Source: Tubiluchus corallicola
Lineage: Eukaryota; Animalia; Priapulida
Assembly (NCBI GenBank): GCA_030141605.1
Contig: JAQGDQ010000680.1
Span: 49,885 to 113,884, forward strand
Reading direction: 5' to 3'
DNA: 64,000 bases
Part shown: positions 1 to 13,500 of the stretch, piece by piece
Numbering within the stretch: the stretch's first letter is position 1
How the letters are laid out: the number at the start of each line of letters is the position of its first letter
Made by a program: the position numbers and the translations under genes
The notes under the pieces: generated by a model
What the model was told of the DNA's origin: nothing
Databases searched by the model: none
The model's input: only the letters and a program-made list of their open reading frames with translations

Positions 1-1494
1 TTCATACTCATTTAATTCAGAATAAACCGAATATACTTGTTCACCATACTTAACTTGTACTGTTTTTTTGAAAATAATTACGATATTATAACGTCTACCA
101 AAATTATAATCGAAATCATAAAGTAGATTTTAGATAATAATATTTTTTTGCCAGTTTAATCGATATTATTCCAAGGAAAATTTTACAAGAGCTAGAATCA
201 ATTCAGTTTTACCTGAAGTCCCAACAACAATGTTTACATTTTTACATTCTCTCTTTCTTCTGCTTTGTTTACACGTCACTTTTCTGTATTAATTCGTTAA
301 CAATCAGGATTGTGATGAAAACTTAACTAAACATATTGCAAAAAATTCTAAACAATTTAAATATCTAACAAAGTTAACATGCAGCTTTTTTAATATCATT
401 TAGATTTATAATAAATTTAATACTGTCTTGAGGAACTAATTTTTTCTAGTAAGTGTTGCGTATATCCTGATGGAACACATTATAAAAAAGGGTAGGTATT
501 AAAAATTCACATTTTAATCAGACAGTTTAAATAATATAAGAATCCAAAAAAAAATAAATTATATAAAAAAATAATTACATTCACAAAAATGTTCTGTAAC
601 TTTCGCAAAATACATGAAAAACTAAAACTACAAAAATCATTGAAGCGCAGAAGTAATTTCTTACTCCCCATTAATTTATTGAATTTATGAGCCACTTGTA
701 TTTATCAATAAGTATGATCCTAATTGTACTTGAGCGGAAATGATCTCGTTGCGCCGTCTTTTGAGAAAATTAGTTACTGTACACGTATAATATTTAACTA
801 CCAAGTGCTTATAATTTCCTTCCACGGCTCTCGACAGCTGCTGTCATTACGCATTGTTCTTGTTTTGTTCAAAAATTTCTAAAGTCTACTTCACATTGAG
901 TATTCTAAATGTTAGTTCACACTGAAATGTTAAATGTGTTTACACGATAATTGCTTGAGCAATTACTCACCATTTTATATTTTGTTACTTATGAACAGGT
1001 CTGAATTAAAACTTTTCGACGTGGGTCGATCGTTGCAAATTGAGAATTTATACAAATAATTTATTCGATTAAATATAACAACAGAAGTACAGAACGTTGC
1101 TGAGAACAAATAGTAGATGTTCGTGTTTGGTTTTTATGCTTGTAGTAAACACATGATACCTACTTTTTGTCAATAAGTTCTAAACCAATATTGTCAATAA
1201 AGATACGTTGACACATTTTAATATTGATCAAGAAAGCCATGCAACGTTTGTGACTGCAGCATTGCTAGAAATAAATAATTTCGCATAATTATATATTGTA
1301 AAGTTTTACACAATACTTATAAGGAATGGTGTAAAAATGCAAGGAATTTACACATGATAGCATTTTACCACATCTTATCATCATTTGGTGCTTCCTTTAT
1401 GCAACATGCCACTATTTGACCATGACTGAATTGTGTTGATGTCCATAGTTAGGTGTAATGCTCATTATCATAATCATGCTCATAATAACGTCTG

Positions 1495-1760
1495 CTGTAG
1501 TCAATGTCATTGGGCAGGCAGAATTCTAGAATTAAAAAGTGCTTTTAAGACAAGTAAGCACAGCAGTGATCCAGCAAAAAATTAAATGCTACTTAATGCC
1601 AGTAGATTGTCAGCAACAATTTCGCGCGTTATCATCATCATAAATTATGCCCATACGACACTTGTAGACATTTGGCAGGCAGATTTCTAAAATAAAAAAA
1701 TCGACCCTCAAGACAGGTAAATACAAGAGTAATCCAACAAAAAACTAGATGCCAAAGTAA
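1495..1760. repeat. Diverged tandem duplication, ~165-bp period
   Basis: CATTGGGCAGGCAGAATTCTAGAATTAAAAA...AAGACAAGTAAGCAC...ATCCAGCAAAAAATTAAATGC at ~1508-1590 recurs as CATTTGGCAGGCAGATTTCTAAAATAAAAAA...AAGACAGGTAAATAC...ATCCAACAAAAAACTAGATGC at ~1669-1752. Confidence 0.7.
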
Positions 1761-2639
1761 TGATGCTCTGTAACATCACATTGTAAATAAAACGGGATTG
1801 ACAACACAACACAGGAAGCAAATGGTCCACCTTGAATGTACTTTTTGCATTTCGCGTGGAAGCACGTACGTTCGGCATGCCTAACCGACAGTGACCGTGT
1901 TCCTGTTTAATTTTTTAATGCCAATTTTTAAATTCATTAATATAAGCACTGCACCACGTGAATTTCGTATTAGCACTTTGAATTGATTCAGTCGGTGCTA
2001 TTAATGAAAGTAAGCGAACCTGCCAGGATGTTTAAATTTAATCAGAATGTTTAGGTTACTGTAATTGTATACCATTATTTATTATTGTATTATGTAAGTG
2101 TTATTAATCGAACACAGTAATTAATAAACCCTTATTTTAATATGTTTTCACAGCGCATAATGTTACGGTGAATAAGAATATTAGGTTTATTTTATTAGCC
2201 AGAAAGCTAAGCTAGAAACTTACTTTAAAACTTAGCCGTATGGTATACCAGCAATCTTTTTCGGTATGCAAATTCCAATATGATCAAAAAGGAGGGAATG
2301 AACCATTAAAAAGAGCTGATAGATATATAGCAACCACGGAGCAAAATAGAGCTAATGAGCTACAGAACTGCTTTTCCTCTGGTTTTATTTATGAAGATGC
2401 AATTAATATTCCTCATTTACCATCATGGCATCAGTAATGGAACACATGATATTCTTGATGTATCTTAGGTAGCAGAAATTAATTTAAGGAAAAAAATTAA
2501 ACAAATGTAGGGGAACGTGATCCACAAAAGTTATCCACAAAAAATCGTCATATCTATAGCGGTGAACCATAGTAGTGGTAAACCGTACCACTGGTGAACT
2601 GTCGAAATACCATTCCCATAGCCCTACACAACTGATACG

Positions 2640-3060
2640 AAGCTTCTTCTTCGTGATAATGTGTTAACTTCATCAAATTGAAGGCTCTAACATGAAAGCT
2701 GCGCTCTCAGCTTGTGGATGTCATGTTAGTGTGAAACTTCTTCCTGTGGAAATAAAAATAGTTTATAGTGGTGCATAGTAAAAGAGATAGTAATATCGCC
2801 AAGCTCTTCAAGGTAGGGGTGCTACACCCTACACTGCATTCAACATGCGGTGGAGTACCTTAATCCAGGTTAAATCGAACGTATGGCATTCCTGAATAAG
2901 TTTGAGAGTGCCAAGCTGGATTGTTGACCCTGTAGGTGGTTCCATTCCCTTGCAGTGCGTGGGTAAAAAGAGTGAAGGTGATAATCACAAGAAGAATACG
3001 GTATGTTGTATGCAAATGAATTTTCCGAATGTGAAGGAATAGTGACATTTTTGCTGGGGA
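2640..3060 (-). mobile_element. 3' end of a CR1/L2-clade LINE (ORF2 C-terminus, 3'UTR, GAA tail)
   Basis: Minus strand translates ...FAYNIPYSSCDYHLHSFYPRTAREWNHL, matching the SFFPRT..WN.L motif at the end of CR1/L2-type ORF2; ends in ATTATCACGAAGAAGAAG. Confidence 0.7.
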
Positions 3061-4774
3061 GGCATTACATTACTTCAGTTAGTTAGTGCATTTATATCAG
3101 TTAAAATTTTTTATTATGCATTTTTGTGGTGTTACAATATGTGTTAAACTTTGGGTTATTAGGCCTACATTTTGTGTTAGTTTTTTATTACATTATCAGT
3201 TATTACGTTATGCTTTAATTTTTTCCGTTATTACAATATCGGGCATTTATTACATTATCAGTTTTAACAGGCCCCTGAGCTGTAGCCCATAAAGCCCATG
3301 CCTTAATCTGGTGTTGGTTATGTCGACAAGGACAAATGTTATTGCTGAAATATTTATCAGGCATTATCATAGTTGTTCATAGTTCATGCAGGACTAATAA
3401 AACTCAAATAGGTAATGGCAGTTGGTGTTCATGATAGCAGTATAAGACAACTGAATGTGGAACAATAAATTTCAATACCGTAAAGGGAGCAAAAATAAAT
3501 TTAATAAGTTTTCTGGTGTAATAATCGATAACTAAATAACAAGAAAATAGTTGCCCTGCAAGTGCCTCCCTATTAGTTACTCTATATTTAACCGTTAGCC
3601 TGTCTATTATCTATATTATTAATTATAGGCATACTAAATATAAGCTCTGCCTAAGCATCACACCTAGAAGGTAAAACCGAATCCATAAAAATGACTGACA
3701 CAATACAATATTTTTATTTTTTTAAATAAAACTGTGACTGTCAGTGAAAAATGAGATGATATATACATTATAGTTCTAACACGTATACTTGTAACTCAGC
3801 ACTGGTATCTTGACAGTATTGCCCACTTCTACCATGATCACAGTTTGTCCTTTCTTCATTCGATGGCTGTGGCTAAATGGGTAAAGGCATAATAGTCTAC
3901 ACTCTACAGAATCCCAGAAACTGGCTCTTGCTATTGTATTGATTGTATTGCATCTTTAAGCATCTATGCATGAGTAAGCAGAATATCATTCAGTATAAGT
4001 ACAAGCAAAAAGAAACTGAGTTCTCATCAACCTTAGTTGGTATTAGTGCTCTAATTAATAAATGTGGTAAACATTTTGTTTACAAGTTTATATCAGCTTC
4101 GTGTTTGTTGTTGCTGAATTATGTATCTGCGTATTTATTTTAAAGGGACAAAAAGATAGGTTTTGTTTAATTTTGCGATTTAATTAAACAGCTACGAAAA
4201 CTCACACTTTGTATTAAACAGCTCATCTGATATTCAGTTGCATAGCTTTATTTTTACACTTCATTTCTTTATTGACTCAAATAACTTTGTGACTCAACAT
4301 ACTCATTATTTCCCTTGACTACGTAGGCCTAACTTGGAGATAATGTGGCTCAGCTCATGGCATTATTAAACTAAGACCTCATGTAGACTTCACCACAACG
4401 CTAAGCTTGTTGCCAGAAAACTAAAATCACTGTCTTTTACTTACAACTAGTTTTTAAACAACAACATTTGCTGTGGCGTTATTTGTATTAGCTTTTTGAG
4501 ACAAAGTAATTAAATGATACAAAATCTCTATAAGCTTTCAATAATGTAAACTTGAAAGACACGAAAATATTTTAATCACTCGAGCATGAACTTTTCAGGA
4601 TAGAAAAGGATAGATGGATAATTAACTACAAAAATATATAAGTAATGAACTTTATAGCTATTCACCTCAATTTTTTCAAGTTCTATTTTAAAAGTCAGGA
4701 AGGTTTTAACCATTTTATAATGAACTGTCGTATTTGTAATCTTACAGGTACATTAATTTGCAAAAATAAAGACA

Positions 4775-6466
4775 ATGACAGCAGATAAAAAAGAAGCAAG
4801 TGCACATGAGTTGTCCATCCGGGCGTATGCCTCACTTGGATTTGCTATAGTGTGTCTTTTTATTGGTTTGCCTTTATGGTGGAAAACCACGACTGTATAT
4901 AGGATAAGGTTACCTTATCATGATATAGGTAACTTGTCTCATTCACAAATCACGTTTACATGTTATCTGACTATTGTAGCATGCAGTGATGATTTTAAAG
5001 TTCGAAATTTGGATTTGTTCAAACGTGAACTTGAAACACAGCTTTTTCTTTACCAGAGTATTTCAGCATATCGTGAGATTGTAGTGCAGTATCGAGTACA
5101 TTCACGATTTGCTTACGACGAGGAAAAAGAGCTGTTGTCTCAAGCTGAAACTCTAAAAGAGTTAAGCTATAAAATGACTTTACAAAATATCTTAGATCAG
5201 TATGGACATTATCATCTATTTCTCTTACCGAGGCAAAGCAAATTTTCCATGGTCACCAATTCTGATAAAAACATGTACTTGGGCCGCCACAGGAATGTAT
5301 TCATATTTTTACCAAATGATGAAAATCATCTAACAGGTATTGTCTCTAATGTGACTGAAGTGTTTAGAGACATCATTGTAAATGAACAATCCATTTTGCA
5401 AATTGTGAATAATACAGCCAACGTCAAAGTGACAAAGCATCTAGAGCCTGACAGAAATAGCATGAGATCAGTAAAGTCACACGCACAGTATGACATTGTC
5501 TTCAGTTTGCTTAACCCTCAACCAAATGTATTCAACGTACTTTGTGATTTTAATGCAGCTGTGCAAAAGTATATGACAGGTTTTTTTGAGAAGTTGTCTG
5601 TGATTGCAGCATTTAAAGTGGAGTCCCATATACTTTATTTTACAGCACTCGGCATGCATCCAAAGAAAAATGAGAAGACTGGTAATTTTGAAGTGTCGCA
5701 AGAACAACTGCCGCACAGTATAAATGCAATAGAAAAGCGTTTAGCGTCTTATGTGTCGACCAATCCCGTTTTACATTTTGTGGTTTATATCACTCCAAGT
5801 CAAATCACCCCTCTTGTAATAATTGATAACAATGAAACAGAAGTACAAACAAATGCTTTTCTGAGTCCTCGTTGGGGCGGTATTCATATTTATAATATGC
5901 CAGCACAGGATGAAAATAGTTCTTCGCCTATTCAGCATGTAATAAACTTGGAGACTTCTATGAAAGTATTCCTGACACAGCTACGTCTTTTCCTAGGGAT
6001 TAGTAACCATGGTTTTAATGAGGTAATACACAGAGAAATACCAGCACATGAAGGTATAAACGACTGGGAAATTGACACTTTAATATGGCAGCGAACAACA
6101 GAAAATTTGCTCACTACAATTAACACACTACAGTCACTTGCCCAACTGCTAGAAGAGATTAGCAACATTGTTATTAATGATGAAATTGGACAGGAGGTAT
6201 CTTTGGCTGTGGCATCAGTGCATGAGTCATGTAGATTACTGAAACGTGGTGATATCAAAGAAGGTTACAAACGATCCCAGCAAGCTCTCATTGCCTCGGA
6301 AAAGGCATTCTTTGATCCATCTCTTCTAGCATTACTATATTTTCCAGATGACCAGAAGTTTGCTATTTACATTCCTTTGTTCCTTCCTATTAGTATACCA
6401 ATAATTATGTCGCTACGCCATCTACGTTACATATTCCAGGAAAAAGAGAAAAGAAAAACAGATTAA
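4775..6466 (+). CDS. PIGS: GPI transamidase component PIG-S, single coding exon, 563 aa
   Basis: Uninterrupted ORF with N-terminal TM followed by GLPLWWKTTTVYR, internal TNAFLSPRWGGI, and C-terminal SEKAFFDPSLLALLYFPDDQKFAIYIPLFLP, all characteristic of PIG-S. Acceptor-like CTTACAG at 4741-4747 suggests a 5'UTR intron; AATAAA at 6565-6570. Confidence 0.97.
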   Translation: MTADKKEASAHELSIRAYASLGFAIVCLFIGLPLWWKTTTVYRIRLPYHDIGNLSHSQITFTCYLTIVACSDDFKVRNLDLFKRELETQLFLYQSISAYREIVVQYRVHSRFAYDEEKELLSQAETLKELSYKMTLQNILDQYGHYHLFLLPRQSKFSMVTNSDKNMYLGRHRNVFIFLPNDENHLTGIVSNVTEVFRDIIVNEQSILQIVNNTANVKVTKHLEPDRNSMRSVKSHAQYDIVFSLLNPQPNVFNVLCDFNAAVQKYMTGFFEKLSVIAAFKVESHILYFTALGMHPKKNEKTGNFEVSQEQLPHSINAIEKRLASYVSTNPVLHFVVYITPSQITPLVIIDNNETEVQTNAFLSPRWGGIHIYNMPAQDENSSSPIQHVINLETSMKVFLTQLRLFLGISNHGFNEVIHREIPAHEGINDWEIDTLIWQRTTENLLTTINTLQSLAQLLEEISNIVINDEIGQEVSLAVASVHESCRLLKRGDIKEGYKRSQQALIASEKAFFDPSLLALLYFPDDQKFAIYIPLFLPISIPIIMSLRHLRYIFQEKEKRKTD

Positions 6467-6564
6467 TTAGTGTGATTCAAATATTTTAGTTCTTTTTATA
6501 ATAGATTCAATACAAAATTTACACTTAAGTATTACATGTTGGCAGTGTATTTGTGGACATAATT

Positions 6565-6570
6565 AATAAA
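6565..6570 (+). promoter_or_regulatory. Candidate polyadenylation signal of PIGS
   Basis: AATAAA ~100 nt after the PIGS stop codon; position only, AT-rich background. Confidence 0.45.
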
Positions 6571-7262
6571 CTTAATGAAGAGATAATGTGCTATTTGTGA
6601 ATGTTGACACTAATGGAAAGTCTAGGACATGCTCTGATTTTTTGAGTCCTGTTGATATAAACAAACTCGGAGGTCTTCTTTGTGACGATACTGTCCTAGA
6701 ACTTCCACATGTCAAGGACTCTTCCTAGATTCATACTGATTTTGTAGTGTGAGTGTTTCAGAATGGACGATTGAGCTAAAATACAACAGCAATAGTATAT
6801 TTGAGTGGAATGCTCAACAGCAGCAGCAGTTTTGATTAAGTATGTTTCATTGTGAGTAGATCAGCAGACTATTTTTCATGGCACGGTATTTCCACCTCAG
6901 TGTACTCACCGTAACATCAGTGGGTGCAACAGATTAAAAAGAGTCAGCACATCTGTGCTCCCCCTTTACAGTGTGAACAGAGTTGTGTTGTTTTAGCAAA
7001 CGTGCTTTCTGTTTCTGATTCACACAGTAGTGAAAGTAAAATTATTAGCTTTGCCGGAACTTTGAAAACAACTAGGCTGGATTCCAATAGAAGCTTATTT
7101 AAATATTTTTTCGATATGAGTTTTGATACACATCAGTATCAGACGGTAGAACACGCATTTCAAATGAAATACTTTTACTACTTCCAGTATGGGAAGTAAA
7201 AATAACCCTGCGTACACAAGTGCAAATTAAATTTCGTCACCAAATTCAACCATAATCCCAAT

Positions 7263-7480
7263 TCACTTCAAATTACATTTCCAGTGCAGACTATGAATTA
7301 AGAACGAAAAATGGTTCTCAAAATCTAGTAAGTCGATTAGCATTATTGGTATTAAATCTTGTTTTAGGAAACTCGATTTTCTTCTTTGAAGTTGCTCAAT
7401 GGTTAAGTCTGCTTGTGAAGGCAATATGTTTGCAAGTTGTTGTTGCACTAGGTCATAAGAGAGCTTGATAATCCTCACTG
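7263..7480 (-). repeat. Diverged tandem copy of the last coding segment (7500-7721) of the uncharacterised gene
   Basis: Both copies encode ILPS..DLTIEQLQRRKSS; nucleotide similarity continues past the stop; period ~240 bp. Confidence 0.85.
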
Positions 7481-7517
7481 CTCATTAATCCAAATTATGC
7501 TTGGAATGCAAAAGTTT

Positions 7518-10500
7518 TTATGAATAAGAGTGAGAAAATGGTTCTCTAAATCTAGCAAATGAATTAGCATTAAAAGTGGTATTAAATCGCATTTTAAGCT
7601 GCTGCCATATACTTGATTTTCTTCTTTGAAGTTGCTCGATAGTTAAGTCTGGTTCTGAAGGTAATATGCTTGCATGCTTTTGTTCCACAAGCTCATTGAC
7701 AGCTTGGTAATGTATCCTCATTACTTCTCGTAGGTCATGAGCAACTACAAAGAAATGAAAATGCTAATTATCAGTGTGCATATAATAGCTGTGATGTACA
7801 CATACGTACAATGTTTATAATAATTAACCAGGGCCTGGCTATGAACAAGTTTGGCTCGGACCTTAATAAGTTTACATTTTACGTATCATAACTAAGTAAC
7901 TAATTTCTGCAAAAAATTATTATTTTGACTTTCTTCAGAAACTAACATAAAATCGGGGTTAGAAATGATAATATTCAAAATTCAAGTTGACATGGACTGA
8001 TTAAAAAGATCTTAAAGCACTTTATATTTACAAATATAGTTTTCTAACAGGAAGATTTTGCATAGCGCGTGAAGGTAATGTAAATGAATTGCTTACTAAA
8101 GTTGAACAATAAGGAGTTTTATATTTTATCGAGAATAATTATATTGTTCAATGATTTGCATAATATTTCTTATCTTTATGTTATATTGAGAGATCAGTGA
8201 ATTTTGTGATGCTTGTACCTATAAAGTTATCAATGAACAATTAGAAGCATTGCAATTTTAAGCAAATAATCCCCATATTTTAGCAATCTGTTTCGCAAGA
8301 TACATACATGTATGTAATGTCAACTGTTTAAACTACTTCAATATTTTTGTGAAGTTCCTCATTGTTTAAGCAAAAATTCGTTCAACCAACCAGATATACA
8401 AAAACTGTTTCATTAGTAGAAAGTGCTTACTACTGAGTAATAGTAGCTGAATTTCCACAACAAATAGTAATCACTCCGAAAAAGTAGTGGGGGCAATTAC
8501 TTTTTTAAAAAAAATAGTTGTTGCAATTATAATTACTGTATGAAGGTAGCGCTATCATAGCCACTACTTTTGTGCCAGGACTTCTGGGCATCGTTGGTTT
8601 AGTACAGCGCAAAGTGGAGATTGAATGTGAAAAGAGCCCGTTAATAGTGATAATTAAATTGTTAACTGGCAGCTAAAGAAACCTACACACAAGTACATAT
8701 TGCACCAAACTTTATTAAGGTTCTAACTACATTCAAACCTCTTTATACTACCCACTTGGCCCAAGTTTGCGGTAAGCAAGTTTAGCATTACAACTATGTA
8801 TATTAATGCATACATGTCTACGCAAATCTAGACATTTTGTTTTGCCAAAAATACGGGCTGGCATTAGAAAGGAGGCTATACAAGGTTGGCATTAGAAAGG
8901 AGGATGTTATAACGAGGTTTGACTGTGGCCCATCATGATTTTAAAGAAACACTTGCAGGTCATTTATACATTGTCATATCAAAGAAAATTATTCTTGTGA
9001 CAGATTATTTTATTAACATGCAATAAAATACTGTTCAAATTTAAAACATGTTTATTTGTTTTAAAAATAAGCAAAATATGTCTTTCAAGAAAAAACTCAC
9101 GAATAACAATAACCAGAGAGGTATGTGACATATTAGAGTCTCTTCACTGTGCCTGAGATCTTTACAATTACAAGTACGTATACAGTGACACAGCTGACTA
9201 AACCTGTAGAAGTCTGCAGTTTTTATGAAAACACAACTCGCTATGTACACATTTTCAACAGAAAGGTTTAAATGTAGTGCCGTTATAATTATAAGTAGTT
9301 AAATTATGATTTAACGCTATCTGTTTTCAAGATAGTGGTACTACTGCAGCATTACTAATTTTAGAAGTGATGCTAAGTAGTGGTTCAACATGTGGCACTA
9401 TTACCTAACACTGTCACTTAGTAAGTAAATGAAATTTTAGCTTTATCAATTTCTCCTACCTTTCGTTTCAAAGGACCTTCCTGTGCTCTCAAGCTTCACT
9501 TTTTGCAAGAAATTTATCATTGCCGCTGTTGCAAGAATCTTGCCTTCTCTTGTCAGTCCTTCAAAATATTGCAGGTCCACCTCAAGTGGATTAGTCGGTG
9601 GGAGAACACAGCAAAGTCGAACCAGTTCAGCAAGTATTTTCCACAGGGGCATGTCTACATTTAGGTAAAAATATGTGGTTTGAGATCACTATTCCAGTTT
9701 ATTGCCGTTATGCGTGCTTACAGGGGTTATGGACACAGCCTATTTCAACACATAGATAAATTGGACATGTGGACACAAGGTAATTTGGAAACATAGGATC
9801 TTTGGACAAAAGATAATTTGAAACAGAAGACTTTTGGACACTAGGTGTTTTTCACGGGATATTTAGACAGGAAGGTAATTTGAATACATTAACTGTTTAG
9901 ACACCAAAGTACCATTTGGATTCAGTCCTGATATCGTACCATTTATCAACATCGTTTGTTTAGTTATGCCCTGTTCTTGTAGATGGGCTGAATTTAAGCC
10001 GTTTTTTGCAAAATTCACGAAGTTTCTAATACCTAGAAAACTGTGGATCAAACAAATGATTTATTATCTATTTTGAAAGATTATTCTTCTCGCTACTTCG
10101 AATTAAACATTGCGCGAGAATTACAATGCGTGTCCAAATTACCCGTGTCCCAGTCACATTACCAATTTGTCCAAGCTGCCTTGTGTCCAAATGACCTATG
10201 TATCAAAATTACCTATGTGTTGAAACAGTTAGTGTCTGCACACCGTTATGCAGGTTGTATTTCAGTGCAAAATATCGGGTGACGCAGAAAAAATTTGCCA
10301 AAGTTTAGACTACAGTATTAAAAAAAGGGTCCCAAGTTTAAACTTCACAGCATGATATTACAGTACTTTAACTTTTGGTTGTAAAGTCACATATATAGAG
10401 GACTCAATACAAAGCAACAAAACCTTTAAGAAATCAACCAGTTTACATTATGGTTTTCACCACAGAAACTAAATCACTGATAAAGATATGTTGCCAAGAA

Positions 10501-13500
10501 AAAATGCAACTTAATCATCCGGATTTCTGTATCTGAAATTCCCATAAAGCACAAGAAAACCCTCCACTTACAGAAATCTTAAAAAATTCATCTTGAAATT
10601 TTATACCACTTACGGTACTGCCTTTTTGCATGCAGTGCTTGCGTCAGCAGTAACGCTGTATGAAGCTTGTAAATTTAAACTCCCGCAGCAACCATTAGGG
10701 GCAGCCATTTTAATGGTAGGTCACTTGAAACAAGTTTAGATAATATTTCTTGAAGTTTGAAAAAATAATCAGACAACGCATAGCACATATATTAGTAACT
10801 AAGAAAAACTTTAAATTACTGTATCTTGTCGATAAGATTAAAAATAGGCTTTTGGTTAGTTTAGAGTGGCGCACCCTGGAGAGTGAGCCAGTGACATTTT
10901 ACCAATTGGCACAAACATTTTAAATTACATTTCTAGTTACATAAGTCTTTCCAGCAGATAAGCAAAGTGCTAAGTAATATAGATTTGGATGGAAAGTTTT
11001 TAGGTCATAATTTAACATTGCCTTTTTTCCCCTGATTTAAGTTTGCATAGTGACGTCATGTAATGGTGACTTCAGAACAGTAACGCGGGAGATTTAAAAT
11101 GAAAACAAACAAAAATTCCTTTTAGCGCGAGTATAATATATGCATAAAAATGCTGTGAAGTTGTTCACAAATCATCAAATTCACAACCTAGAGTCATTGA
11201 ATATGCCAGTAAAGCCCAAAGGGATGCATAACAGAGGTACATCCAAATGGAGCATGAGGCCTTAGCAGTTGTATGGGCCGTCAGCCGTTTTAGACTCTAC
11301 ACTGTACAAGATTGTGACATTTTGTCGCATACAAACTGATTTATCAGGAATATGCAACAAATGTTTTCTTTTTTTGGACTGAGCACACCACAGTGTATCA
11401 CATGTGGATAAAGATAAAAAATGGAAAGATCATAAAGTTTTTACACACTAATTTCTCAAGGCAAGATCTTTTTATCCAAATTTATATGACAGTCTTATTA
11501 GTTTGATTAATACCAGGATACAGGTAGGCGTTCTTTGCACTATTACCATATATTCAGAAATTCAATAATGAACAAGCAGACAAACAAACATGAGTGCTTT
11601 TTTATAAAAACGTGCAAAAATTTGTTTAATGGCATATTCTAACGAATAAAATTCACATACACTTTTACATAGATATAAGAGAACTTAAATTACCCCATCC
11701 CAGGTTAAACGAAGGAGAGGAAGGGCATTTACCAAAGTATGGATCCACCATGAATCCATCAATGCAGCAGAGCATCCCAATGAGCATTGTCACATCGAGA
11801 TACCATGTGCCCGGCCATCCAGGGTATGTACTTCATAACCATAACTGCATGGAAAGTGTCTGTAGTGCTTATACATCATAGATTTCTCCCACAGGAGAAA
11901 TGCAGCAATTCCAAACGACTCTGTATGCTCCTGTACCTCTAGGACTGCATCGCATATAGCAAGAAAATTCTTCGTCTCACCAAAACACCATTGAGCACTG
12001 CCACCCAATCAGATTCTGTCTACTCCAGATGCCTATACTGTAGCAATTCCACCACACAGATGTGGGACCAACAGCCAAGAACGACGGCATTCGCAACAAA
12101 GTTTCACTGCTACTTTAAATACTGCAAAGGAACCGCCTTGAATTCCTCTCAAAGAAATAGAGAACAGAACCAGAAATCACTTTGTTTGAGATATCATAGT
12201 TAATAATGAACTGTTTCACTGCCCATCTTAATCCAACAGATTACAGGATCACCAAAAGTCTGCTGTCAAACGTCTTACTTCAATCACAACTTAACCCGTA
12301 ATGTTAGTAACAACGAAATCACGGTTCAGTGAAATCCAGAGGCACAAAACCTTACCTGAGCAAAATCATTGAAGTCATGTGGCGGAAGATCGCTATCATA
12401 AACAGGAAGGGCAGAGGTATTAAAGGAAGGGCAAGGACTCAACTCTATCACAGAACAAAAGTGAATATTTTATTATGCTAAAAATTAGGATATGTACAAA
12501 ATGAACTCCAGTATAAATGGGATAACTGCGACGTCACAAAGATAGCGATACACAACTGAGATACCTTCATGTTTCCATAGTGACGTAGTTTTCAGCTTTA
12601 GTGGACTGTCTTTTTCCGGACTGTCTTCTGTCATCTGCATTAAAGTAGCATGGTTTGAACGTAGCCAGACATATGGGCAGCCATATCTTATGTAGGCAGC
12701 TATGAGAAACAAGGTTGATCTGTCATCCTGGGAAACAATATTTATGATTAGTTTATTGAATCAACAGGCCAATTTTTCCTTGTAACCTGTATTACATGCA
12801 GCTTGCGATATGTACTACACTATAACTATTACTTGTAATGTGATATTATAATCATGCAATTCATTAATCAAGAGTTAAGCTGTTGTCAATGTCAAGTCCT
12901 CTTCACTCTGGGACGCATACAAGTGATTCTGCACCACGAGCATCTTTGGATCTGTGGGGTATCTGTTTCTGGTTCCAGTAATAAGGCACTTGCTTTCTTG
13001 TGTCACTAAGAGAATGAAACGACAACCATTGATATTTTTAGCACTACTGACAATTAGGCCTGTAACGATACATCAATGCATTAATGCATGGTGATATCTT
13101 TTATTACGATATGCATACCGTCAAAGTGCATCCGTATTGTGATAATCTGAGTTAATCATATTTAGCAAATTAGCATACGCTTGACCGTGTGCCGATAAAA
13201 CAATTCAAACTGCAGAGAATGCTACTAACTACGTAGCAGATGCATTAATGCATGGTGATATCTTTTATTACTATATGCATACCGTCAAAGGGCATCCGTA
13301 TTGTGATAATCTGAGTTAATCATATTTAGCAAATTAGCACACGCTTGACTGTATGCCGATAAAACAATTCAAACTGCAGAGAATGCTACTAACTACGTAT
13401 CTATAGATATTTAGATACCTATAAATCAGTGCAGTGAACAATAGTTGACTTGACACAGGCACTGCTAGAAGCAGAAGCACTTGAAAATGTGTATCTGTAG

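Noticed and set aside
1-1300. Possible DNA-transposon remnant or gene at the window start (also 18590-19330, 37100-37690, 41850-42330)
   Set aside because: Repeat-like texture, but no termini, TSD or coding motif could be fixed by eye.
5477-6258. Minus-strand ORFs (79 and 108 aa) overlapping PIGS
   Set aside because: Antisense shadows of a long coding exon with no recognisable motifs.
7479-7520. Stop-codon readthrough from the unknown gene into the in-frame duplicate
   Set aside because: Two further in-frame stops (TAA TGA) lie in the 39-nt spacer.
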